Source: an uncultured Oscillospiraceae bacterium
GTDB taxonomy: Bacteria > Bacillota > Clostridia > Oscillospirales > Ruminococcaceae
NCBI GenBank assembly: GCA_934527255.1
Contig: CAKTAM010000001.1
Location: 1-47,939 of the forward strand
DNA length: 47,939 nt
Reading direction: 5' to 3'
In this document: positions 1-6,854 of the stretch, one piece after another
How positions within the stretch are numbered: position 1 is the first letter of the stretch
Layout of the letters: the number at the start of each line of letters is the position of its first letter
Notes under the pieces: model-generated
Told to the model about the DNA's origin: nothing
The model's database searches: none
Seen by the model: the letters and a program-made list of their open reading frames with translations, nothing else
Position numbers and translations under genes: made by a program

Positions 1-32
1 AGCAGGCGCGCTACCAACTGCGCTACACCCGG
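1..32 (-). tRNA. 5' portion of a tRNA truncated by the window edge (acceptor strand, D arm, start of anticodon stem); the D arm is tRNA-Pro-like but the anticodon is not visible
   Basis: Reverse complement reads CCGGGTG-TA-GCGC-AGTTGGTA-GCGC-G-CCTGC-T, i.e. 7-nt acceptor strand, U8 A9, 4-bp D stem with GG-containing loop, then anticodon stem. The window ends at about tRNA position 32. Confidence 0.55.
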
Positions 33-65
33 TTATTTCGTTATTTTATCCGGCTGGTCGTATTC

Positions 66-103
66 TCCCAAACCACCCGCGCTACCAACTGCGCTAATCC
101 CGG
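66..103 (-). pseudogene. tRNA-Pro(UGG)-like 5' half fragment (positions 1-38 only); no 3' half
   Basis: Reverse complement CCGGGAT-TA-GCGC-AGTTGGTA-GCGC-G-GGTGG-TTTGGGA has the same D arm as the tRNA at 1-32 and a UGG in the anticodon position. The following bases (GAATA...) cannot close the anticodon stem, and no T arm or acceptor 3' strand follows. Confidence 0.45.
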
Positions 104-139
104 AGAAAGCGTTGCACGCTGTCGGTACAATACCTTATA

Positions 140-168
140 AGTATACCTTATTTAGGACGGGAAGTCAA
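140..168 (-). promoter_or_regulatory. sigma70-like promoter driving the tRNA region
   Basis: Minus strand reads TTGACT-17 nt-TATACT, about 30 nt upstream of the tRNA-like fragment. Confidence 0.4.
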
Positions 169-240
169 TGCCGGGTCCCGGCAAAATATCCATGGCACAA
201 ACAACGGCGCAAAACCGGAAATATCCCAACCACACATAGG

Positions 241-275
241 AAAAAACGGCCGATGAACGGCAGCACAAATCGGCC
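241..275 (-). terminator. rho-independent terminator candidate (minus strand)
   Basis: GGCCGAT/ATCGGCC 7-bp stem (248-254 / 269-275) followed on the minus strand by a U6 run (plus-strand A241-246). Confidence 0.4.
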
Positions 276-453
276 CGCTCCTGCCGCGGCCTATAAATAA
301 TATATGCTGCTTCGCCTCGGCTGCGGATTGCAGCGGCGGAAAAATAACGGCTGCAAGCTGTCAGACAGTCGCGGCAGCCAACTGCTGATACTGTGCTGCC
401 ATCTGACCGCAAGCGGCGAGGACGGCTGTGCAGATGGTATGAACCGGGAAGCG

Positions 454-492
454 AAAACAAAAAGGGTGTACAGCACACCTGAATTACACCCT
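454..492 (-). terminator. rho-independent terminator of cls
   Basis: AGGGTGTA/TACACCCT 8-bp stem followed on the minus strand by TTTTTGTTTT, about 65 nt downstream of the cls stop. Confidence 0.6.
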
Positions 493-556
493 TCGGCTGC
501 CGAAAAGCCATAGAGGCATCAGTAAAACGCAGTGAAAGCCATCGGTGCGGATATTT

Positions 557-2098
557 TTACAGCAGCGGGGCAAAGAAGCGCAGCACCACCTGCTTGATGC
601 GTACCCACAGCGAAAAGTGCAGATCCTGCTCGGTGATTTCCCGGCAGACCTCCAGCGTTTTTTCAAAGTCGCGGTGAATGTCGCCGATGATGCGCCCGCC
701 ATAGAACGAGCAGCAGTTTTCAAAATGCAGGTACAGGCTGCGATAATCCATATTGGCCGAGCCGACAATGGCGATTTTATCATCGCACAGATACATCTTG
801 CTGTGAATGAAGCCGGGGGCATATTCGTAAATATGAATGCCGTTTTCCAGCAGCTGGCGATAATAGCTGCGCGTGACCAGAAAGACCGATTTTTTGTCCG
901 GAATGCCGGGTGTGATGATGCGCACCTCCACGCCGCTTTTGGCGGTCAAACACAGCGATTCGATCATTTGATAATCGGGAACCAGGTAAGGTGTGGTGAT
1001 CCACACATAGCGGTGCGCGTGTCGCAGCACGTTGGAGTAGGCATTCTGGCTGACGGTCTCGGTGTCCAGCGGAGTGTCATCAAAGGGCTGTACCAGCAGG
1101 TCGTCCGGCGTTGGCAGTCGCAGCTGCGGGCGGTACAGCGTATAATCTACCGTGTCGCCCGAAAGCATGCCCCACATCTTTAAAAATGTGCAGGTGAACG
1201 AGTAGACGGCGGGCCCGCGCAGCATCAGCGAGGAATCCTTCCACTGGCCGTAGGGTTGCGCCATGCCGAAATATTCATCCGCCATGTTGATGCCGCCGGT
1301 AAAGCCGGTCATCCCGTCAATGATGCACAGCTTGCGGTGATCGCGATGGTTGAGAAACCCGTAATCGCTGATGTGAAGGCTGAAGCGTACGGGGTTGAAT
1401 TCGTAACAGCGGATGCCGTATCGCTGCAGCGTCAGGGCATAATAGGGCGGCAGCGAAAACAGGCAGCCGACCGAATCGTACAGAATGCGCACATCCACGC
1501 CGTCGGCGGCCTTTCGCTTGAGAATTTCCAGAATCGTCTGCCAGCTTTTGTGATCAGCATTGTAAATGAAGTATTCCAGCCAGATGGAGTGCTGGGCTTT
1601 TTCCAGCTCCTCCAGCAAAACGGGGTACAGATCTTCTCCGTTGCCGAAATAGCGCGCCGTGGTGCCGTCGTACAGGGGGTTGTGCTCTCGCACAAGGTAT
1701 TTGGCCTGACAGGCCAGCCCGCGATCCAGCGCTTCCAGCTGGCGGACGGGTGCTTCGTCATGGGTCTGCGCCGCGGCAGCGCGCTGTTCGGCAGCCAGAA
1801 AACGGGATTCTTTCTTTTTGAACAGCCCGGGCCGTCCCCAGATGAAATACAGAAACTCGCCCACCAGCGGCAGCAGAGTGAAGATCCACAGCCACATCAG
1901 CTTATAGGAGGGACTGGAGGGCGCCTTGTCAAACAGAATGATACCGAGGATCAGCGAGACCACGATCATGGCAAAGAAAACGGCGATATAATCCAGCCCC
2001 AGAGAGATGATTAGCGAGCTAAAAATGGCAAACTGCGCCAGCATCAGCACCAGCATCAGCGCCGTAGGCGATAACAGAAACCGAAAAATTTTTTTCAT
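557..2098 (-). CDS. cls: cardiolipin synthase (phospholipase D family, two HKD motifs, N-terminal TM segments)
   Basis: Two HKD motifs (HRDHRKLCIIDG and HSKMYLCDDKIAIVGSANMDYRS) and two N-terminal hydrophobic helices. Start placed at the MKKIF ATG (2098) with an AGAGGA RBS; the longer ORF-track start lacks an RBS. Confidence 0.93.
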   Translation of the reverse strand: MKKIFRFLLSPTALMLVLMLAQFAIFSSLIISLGLDYIAVFFAMIVVSLILGIILFDKAPSSPSYKLMWLWIFTLLPLVGEFLYFIWGRPGLFKKKESRFLAAEQRAAAAQTHDEAPVRQLEALDRGLACQAKYLVREHNPLYDGTTARYFGNGEDLYPVLLEELEKAQHSIWLEYFIYNADHKSWQTILEILKRKAADGVDVRILYDSVGCLFSLPPYYALTLQRYGIRCYEFNPVRFSLHISDYGFLNHRDHRKLCIIDGMTGFTGGINMADEYFGMAQPYGQWKDSSLMLRGPAVYSFTCTFLKMWGMLSGDTVDYTLYRPQLRLPTPDDLLVQPFDDTPLDTETVSQNAYSNVLRHAHRYVWITTPYLVPDYQMIESLCLTAKSGVEVRIITPGIPDKKSVFLVTRSYYRQLLENGIHIYEYAPGFIHSKMYLCDDKIAIVGSANMDYRSLYLHFENCCSFYGGRIIGDIHRDFEKTLEVCREITEQDLHFSLWVRIKQVVLRFFAPLL

Positions 2099-2121
2099 GC
2101 CGGAAAATCCTCTTGTTTGTT

Positions 2122-2931
2122 TCAGTCTGCACTGTCGTCCGCCGGTGCGGCGGGCGTGTAAAAGGCGGGCTGAACCTCCGGGTGGCTGCTGCACCAATCC
2201 GCATAGGTGGTGATGGTCACCGTCTGCAAAAGCGCCGGGTCGGCGGGCGTATCCGTCTGCCCGGCGGTGCCGCCGACGGCGCGCACGGTATCCATGCCGT
2301 AAAAGACCTGTCCGAACACCGTATAGTGCATATCCAGATACGGTGCGCCGCCTACCTCGGCATAGGCGGTGATGACGTCCTCCTCCCAGCCCAGCTGGCG
2401 CATCTGCTCCTGCAGAACGTCGGGCACACTGTCCGTCTGGCAGTTGACCACAAAAAACTGGCTGCGGTTGGCGCTGCCCCCCGCCATGGCCAATGCACCG
2501 GTATAATGGTGCACGGCGTCGCTGACCTCGGCTGCAAAGGGGTTGCCCCAGATGCTTTGCCCGCCATTGCCGTCGGTATCGCCGCTTTGAATGATGAAAT
2601 CAGCAATGACACGGTGAAAATCCAGCCCGTTATAAGCGCCCTGCCGCGCCAACGTAACAAAGTTCTGCACGGCCTGCGGAGCTGCCTGCGGGTACAGCAC
2701 GGCGGAAAATTCACCCGCCGAGGTCTCAAAAACGGCGACCAGAGCGTCGGCCTCCGGCTCGCGGAACTGCAGCACATCCACGCTGGGCGCAACGGCGCCG
2801 TCCGCGGCGGTCTCTGCGGCGGGCTGGGAGGTACGGCAGGCCGTCAGCAGGCAGCACAGCAAAACCAGCAGTGCCGCGCCAAGGCGGCCGCGTTTTTTCT
2901 GACCCATGCTCCGTTTCACGCTCCTGTTCAT
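2122..2931 (-). CDS. cyclophilin-type peptidyl-prolyl cis-trans isomerase, lipoprotein
   Basis: Cyclophilin motifs FHRVIADFIIQSGD, GALAMAGG, SQFFV and YTVFGQV. N-terminal signal with lipobox LLTAC. Start could be M1 (2931) or M9 (2907). Confidence 0.9.
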   Translation of the reverse strand: MNRSVKRSMGQKKRGRLGAALLVLLCCLLTACRTSQPAAETAADGAVAPSVDVLQFREPEADALVAVFETSAGEFSAVLYPQAAPQAVQNFVTLARQGAYNGLDFHRVIADFIIQSGDTDGNGGQSIWGNPFAAEVSDAVHHYTGALAMAGGSANRSQFFVVNCQTDSVPDVLQEQMRQLGWEEDVITAYAEVGGAPYLDMHYTVFGQVFYGMDTVRAVGGTAGQTDTPADPALLQTVTITTYADWCSSHPEVQPAFYTPAAPADDSAD

Positions 2932-3080
2932 AAAGTGTTCCGCCGCCGTTTGGGCGCAAAGCGTCCGGCGGCCCTTTCACATTTTTTAAATTATTATAGC
3001 ATAAAGTGATGGGGAAGAAAATGGACAAAGTAAAAAAATTGCCCATCGCGCGCCGCCGGAAGAAAACCGGCGGCTTTGGC

Positions 3081-3109
3081 TTGACGGAAAGCAGATTTTG
3101 CGCTACAAT
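3081..3109 (+). promoter_or_regulatory. sigma70-like promoter for the DUF1292 gene
   Basis: TTGACG-17 nt-TACAAT. It lies on top of the ORF-track ATG at 3098, which argues for the downstream GTG start. Confidence 0.5.
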
Positions 3110-3157
3110 AAAGGCGTTCCCACCGCACAAGCGGCGGACGGTAAGGAGGAGTGCACG

Positions 3158-3463
3158 GTGTCGGAAGAAGAACTGGATTATACGCCGGATCTGATCACGC
3201 TGGAGGATGAGGACGGCAAGGAGCATGAGTTTGAAGTGATCGACGCCGTCGACCATAACGATGAGCACTATATGGCGCTTTTGCCGTACAGCTCCGACCC
3301 GGCCAAGGCTTTGGAGGAAAACGCCGATCTGCTGATCATGCGCGTCGGTGTGGATGAAAACAATGAAGAATTCCTCACCATCGTGGATGAGGACGAGGAG
3401 CTGTACGAGGTCAGCCAGGTGTTTGCCAAGCGGCTGGAGGAGTACTTCAAGATCGAGAGCTGA
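3158..3463 (+). CDS. DUF1292 (UPF0473) family small acidic protein
   Basis: Acidic DUF1292-like sequence (LITLEDEDGKEHEFEVIDAV...HYMALLPY...LLIMRV...EEFLTIVDEDE). GTG start at 3158 sits 7 nt after AAGGAGGA; the ATG at 3098 is inside the promoter. Confidence 0.85.
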   Translation: MSEEELDYTPDLITLEDEDGKEHEFEVIDAVDHNDEHYMALLPYSSDPAKALEENADLLIMRVGVDENNEEFLTIVDEDEELYEVSQVFAKRLEEYFKIES

Positions 3464-3473
3464 GCACAGGGCT

Positions 3474-3500
3474 GCTGCCGTGCGGCAGCGGTGACTGTTT
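3474..3500 (+). terminator. weak terminator-like hairpin after the DUF1292 gene
   Basis: GCTGCCG-TG-CGGCAGC hairpin; the downstream T tract is poor (GGTGACTGTTTAT). Confidence 0.3.
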
Positions 3501-3526
3501 ATCGGGCAGCGTCCTGCCCTGTCGAT

Positions 3527-3554
3527 TTGTTGCGGCCACATTTAATCCTACAAT
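3527..3554 (+). promoter_or_regulatory. candidate promoter of the orphan RNA
   Basis: TTGTTG-16 nt-TACAAT in an otherwise GC-rich intergenic region. Confidence 0.35.
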
Positions 3555-3560
3555 TATGTA

Positions 3561-3779
3561 ATTCGGGAGCTCTTTTGTTCGCGGACGGATTGCAGACCTC
3601 CCCCTTCGGGGGAAGAAGGGAGCGTGAACTCCGAGACGGGGCGTACCCACCCTGCTTGAGAAAGTAGGTTTTAATTGGCTGCAGACTTCAGGGCGGGATC
3701 TGTTTCTTTTACCGGGCGCTGAAGCAAAGCCCTCGGAAGGGTATGGGCCATCACGGGCAGTGCCGGGATGGCTTTTTTT
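3561..3779 (+). ncRNA. unclassified structured RNA candidate (~220 nt; 6S-like size and closure, or a cis leader of the downstream kinase operon)
   Basis: No RBS-preceded ORF. The 5' segment 3562-3588 is imperfectly complementary to 3711-3738. Internal hairpins include C(UUCG)G at 3601-3612 and GGAG/CTCC at 3619-3632. It ends in a GCCATC/GATGGC hairpin plus T7 (3747-3779). Confidence 0.45.
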
Positions 3780-3914
3780 GCGCTTGAAGCCCATGCGGCG
3801 GGTGTTGTCGATTCGGGCTGTCGCTGTGCGCGGCGGCAGGCCCAAAAAGCCCTGCCGCAGGCCGCCCACATACATTACGGCAGCCATAGCAAGCTGCGAA
3901 AGGAAAGAAGAAGT

Positions 3915-4790
3915 ATGCAGATCGGAGCATTGGAGGCGGGCGGCACGAAAATGGTCTGTGCCGTCGTGGATGAAAACGGTGTTGTCAGCGACCGCATTTC
4001 GCTGCCGACCGGTACCCCGGCGGAGACCATGCCGCAGCTGATCGATTATTTTGCCAGGCATCAGGTGGAGGCGTTGGGCGTGGGCTGCTTTGGCCCGCTG
4101 GATCTGGACCGCAGCTCGCCGACCTGGGGATACATTACCGCCACGCCGAAAACGCCGTGGAAATTTTACGATATTGCGGGGCAATTGCAGCAGGCGCTGA
4201 AAGTGCCCGTCGCGCTGGATACGGATGTCAACTGCGCCGTTCTGGGCGAGGCGCGGCGCGGCAGCTGCCGCGGCCTGACCGATTGCGTGTATATCACCGT
4301 CGGCACCGGCATCGGCATGGGGGTGCTCAGCGGCGGCAGGCTGGTGCATGGCATTCAGCACCCGGAGCTGGGGCATATCCCCGTTGTGCCGGCGGCGGGC
4401 GACCCCTATCAGGGCTGCTGCCCCTACCATGGCCGCTGCCTGGAGGGCATGGCCAGCGGTTCGGCCATGCGCGGGCGCTGGGGCGTACCGGCGCAGCAGC
4501 TGGAGGATTGCCCCGAGGTCTGGCAGTTGGAGGCGGAATATCTGGCGCAGGGGGTCGTGACCTGTGTTCTGGCATATGCGCCGCAGCGTATTGTGCTGGG
4601 CGGCGGCGTGGCCCACCATAAGGGCCTGCTGGAGCAGGTGCGCGCCGCCGTGACCCGGCAGCTGGCGGGGTATGTGGCGGCCCCTGCCTTGGCGGATATG
4701 CAAAGCTATCTTGTTGCCCCTGCGTTGGGGGACGATCAGGCGCTGTTGGGCTGTATGGAGCTGGTGAGAGACCCTGCCGTGCAGGGATGA
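3915..4790 (+). CDS. ROK-family fructokinase (GmuE/Mak-like sugar kinase)
   Basis: N-terminal IGALEAGGTKMVCAVVD, ITATPKTPW, DTDVNCAVLGE, HPELGHI and CPYHGRCLEGMASG (ROK Zn motif), closely resembling B. subtilis GmuE as I recall it. Start at the MQIG ATG at 3915. Confidence 0.9.
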   Translation: MQIGALEAGGTKMVCAVVDENGVVSDRISLPTGTPAETMPQLIDYFARHQVEALGVGCFGPLDLDRSSPTWGYITATPKTPWKFYDIAGQLQQALKVPVALDTDVNCAVLGEARRGSCRGLTDCVYITVGTGIGMGVLSGGRLVHGIQHPELGHIPVVPAAGDPYQGCCPYHGRCLEGMASGSAMRGRWGVPAQQLEDCPEVWQLEAEYLAQGVVTCVLAYAPQRIVLGGGVAHHKGLLEQVRAAVTRQLAGYVAAPALADMQSYLVAPALGDDQALLGCMELVRDPAVQG

Positions 4791-4971
4791 TAGGCCGCTG
4801 TCAGGGCCGGGTGCGGCCGCCGGAGGATACAAGCCGCTTTCGGCCGCCCATCTGACAGGGAGCTTTGGCGGCTGCGCCTTGACGGGCGCTTTTGGCCGCA
4901 GGGCACAGGGCGTGCAGCTGTCGGAGAACGCGCCCTGCTGCCGGAAATGAAAAGGGGAGGCGAAGACAGGA

Positions 4972-5268
4972 ATGAACAAAGAACCTGTGCCGGTGACAAG
5001 GCCGGTGGAGCTGGAAGCCGAGGAGGAATATGACGCCATTGCAGCCGGGCTGCTGGCGGAGGCGCGCGCCTTTGCCGCAGCGCATCCGGGGGCCGCAGCG
5101 GCGGAGTTTGTGCGGGCCGTCGGCCGTCGGCGCTGGATGTCCCGCTTTGCCGATTACTGGAATATTCCCGAGGATGAGCAGCTGACCCGGCGGGAGGTGT
5201 CGCACATCGACCGTTTCCTGACCGAAATTTACGCGGCGGCGCAGCAGGCAGCGCCGGAAAGGAGCTGA
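4972..5268 (+). CDS. hypothetical 98-aa protein
   Basis: GGGGAGG RBS upstream and coding-like GC3. The stop is 5 nt before the manA ATG, whose RBS lies inside this ORF. No family recognised. Confidence 0.6.
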   Translation: MNKEPVPVTRPVELEAEEEYDAIAAGLLAEARAFAAAHPGAAAAEFVRAVGRRRWMSRFADYWNIPEDEQLTRREVSHIDRFLTEIYAAAQQAAPERS

Positions 5269-5273
5269 CCGCC

Positions 5274-6281
5274 ATGCAGCCCATTTTTTTGACCCCGGTC
5301 AAAAAGCAGACCATCTGGGGCGGCCATTCGCTGGCGCAGGAATATGGCTTCGGTGTGCCCGGCGAGCCCATTGCCGAGGCCTGGGCCGTCAGCGCGCACC
5401 CGGCCGGAGACTGTACGGTCTGCGGGGGCGAATGGGACGGTATGACGCTCAGCGCCCTGTGGAAGAACCACCCCGAGCTGTTTGCCTGCCCGGGCGAACG
5501 GCAGTTTCCGCTGCTGGTCAAATTTATTGATGCCGAAAAGGATCTCAGCATTCAGGTACACCCCGACGATGCCTACGCCGCCGCCCACGAAAGCCCGGTG
5601 GATGGCAGCCCCTGCCGCGGCAAAAGCGAATGCTGGTATATTCTGTGGGCGGCCCCCGGCGCAAGGCTGGTGCTGGGGCACAACGCCGCCACCCGTCAGC
5701 AGGCGGCGGAATGGGTCGCCGCGGGCGAGTGGAAGCGATTGCTGCGCACGGTGCCGGTGTCGGCCGGGCAGTTTTACCGCATTGACCCGGGTACGGTGCA
5801 CGCCATCGGGGGCGGCATCCGCCTGCTGGAGGTGCAGCAGAGCAGCGACATCACCTACCGCATGTATGATTATGACCGCCTGCAGAACGGCAGGCCCCGC
5901 CCATTGCACCTGGAGCAGTCGCTGCAGGTGATGACGGTGCCCGCCGCACAGATCAGCGCGCCGCCGCAGCCGGAGGCGCTGCCCCTTGTGTACGGCGAGG
6001 GTGAGCTGACCCTGCTGGAGAGCTGCCCCTATTTTCAGGTGCGCCGTCTGCGCCTGAACGGCGAAGCCCGGCTGCCCAATGCGCCGACGTTTCAGACCGT
6101 TACGGTGCTGGAGGGTGAGGGCACGCTGAACGGCGTGCCGGTGCATCGCGGCCAGTCGCTGCTGGCGCCGCACCCGCAGCGCACCCTGCACTGGCAGGGC
6201 GAGCTGACCGCCATTCTGGCCCAGCCCGTCTTATCCGCGGCGGCCGCGCCAGAAGCGGGCGCACCCGGCCAAAATGTCTGA
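5274..6281 (+). CDS. manA: mannose-6-phosphate isomerase, class I (Firmicute type)
   Basis: Motifs LSIQVHPDD, SECWYIL, VHAIGGGIRLLEVQQSSDITYRMYDYDR; AAAGGAG RBS. Confidence 0.92.
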   Translation: MQPIFLTPVKKQTIWGGHSLAQEYGFGVPGEPIAEAWAVSAHPAGDCTVCGGEWDGMTLSALWKNHPELFACPGERQFPLLVKFIDAEKDLSIQVHPDDAYAAAHESPVDGSPCRGKSECWYILWAAPGARLVLGHNAATRQQAAEWVAAGEWKRLLRTVPVSAGQFYRIDPGTVHAIGGGIRLLEVQQSSDITYRMYDYDRLQNGRPRPLHLEQSLQVMTVPAAQISAPPQPEALPLVYGEGELTLLESCPYFQVRRLRLNGEARLPNAPTFQTVTVLEGEGTLNGVPVHRGQSLLAPHPQRTLHWQGELTAILAQPVLSAAAAPEAGAPGQNV

Positions 6282-6384
6282 CTATGTTTTATAAGGTTTC
6301 AAGGTTATAAAAGGCGGTTTTCCACCGCGATTTTGTTTAGCGTCGTAGTTTTTTGCTGCGGCGCTTATTCTTTTTCAAACAATA

Positions 6385-6413
6385 TTGACAAAAACAAACG
6401 ATAGAGTTAATAT
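6385..6413 (+). promoter_or_regulatory. near-consensus sigma70 promoter
   Basis: TTGACA-17 nt-TAATAT. Confidence 0.55.
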
Positions 6414-6419
6414 CTTTAT

Positions 6420-6587
6420 GTGGAATGGAGCCAAAAGCGTGTGCAAAACACCGGCAAGCCGGTCAGAGATGTGGCACGCAGAAGGGCTGCCGATCCGTTT
6501 TGGAGCGGGGAGGCGCCGTGTACGGCTGCCCGCTCAAGAAAACAATCACAGCAATGGCGAAAAGCCGGGTATCAGGAGGTATGAAAG
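6420..6587 (+). promoter_or_regulatory. long structured 5' leader of the 88-aa secreted-protein gene (class unknown)
   Basis: About 170 nt lie between the predicted TSS and the ATG. Nested hairpins include GTGT-GCAAA-ACAC, CCGG-CAAG-CCGG and GAGCGGG...(GCCG-TGTA-CGGC)...CCCGCTC. No intrinsic terminator is present. Confidence 0.35.
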
Positions 6588-6854
6588 ATGGTAGCGGTTT
6601 TGGGTATGGTCATGCTGCTTGTTATGGCGGCTGCGGTGTTTGCAGCGGAAGCGCCGACGGCAGAAACCATGGCGTACAGCCATTTTTGGGCGCAGGGCGA
6701 CAGTGAATACAGCGAGACGGCCCGTAAGATCTGGCCCTTTGGGCAGCAGCCCGCCAAGCGGGAGCCGCAGCTGCCCTGGGAGGATCGGCAGGAGGCCGCG
6801 CCGTTCTCGTATTATGAAGAGAACCGGCTGTCGTACAGCAAGTGCGCCATTTAA
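6588..6854 (+). CDS. small secreted protein (88 aa, Sec signal peptide), unknown family
   Basis: AGGAGG sits 8 nt before the ATG. Signal peptide MVAVLGMVMLLVMAAAVFA/AE. Coding-like GC3. Confidence 0.7.
   Translation: MVAVLGMVMLLVMAAAVFAAEAPTAETMAYSHFWAQGDSEYSETARKIWPFGQQPAKREPQLPWEDRQEAAPFSYYEENRLSYSKCAI

Noticed and set aside
276-452. Possible ~85-nt minus-strand sRNA between the cls terminator and the 241-275 terminator (weak TTGCAG-18-TGCAAT promoter).
   Set aside because: The promoter match is weak. The second hairpin is equally well explained as a back-up terminator insulating the tRNA promoter from cls read-through.
3006-3194. 62-aa Lys/Arg-rich ORF and the ATG-3098 start for the DUF1292 gene.
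   Set aside because: Both lie across the TTGACG-17-TACAAT promoter and a GCCGCCGG/CCGGCGGC hairpin. The GTG at 3158 has a strong AAGGAGGA RBS.
3634-3655. T-box-like word on the minus strand (GGGTGGGTACGCC, compared with the GGGTGGTACCGCG consensus) inside the orphan RNA.
   Set aside because: It has indels relative to the highly conserved T-box sequence. There is no downstream minus-strand gene and no specifier or Stem I features.
6440-6575. Partial resemblance of the 6.4-kb leader to GEMM-I (CACGCAGAAGGGC) and ykkC (GGTCAGAGA..., AAAAGCCGGG) riboswitch cores.
   Set aside because: Only short fragments match. The paired second halves of those consensus structures are missing, and the downstream gene is not of the type usually controlled by those classes.
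6581-6706. Cys/Gly-rich 41-aa peptide (MKDGSGFGYGHAACYGGCGVCSGSADG...) that looks RiPP-precursor-like, starting right after the AGGAGG.
   Set aside because: Its ATG is only 1 nt from the Shine-Dalgarno sequence, whereas the ATG at 6588 has ideal 8-nt spacing. It is out of frame with, and fully overlaps, the better-supported signal-peptide ORF. No maturation enzymes are nearby.
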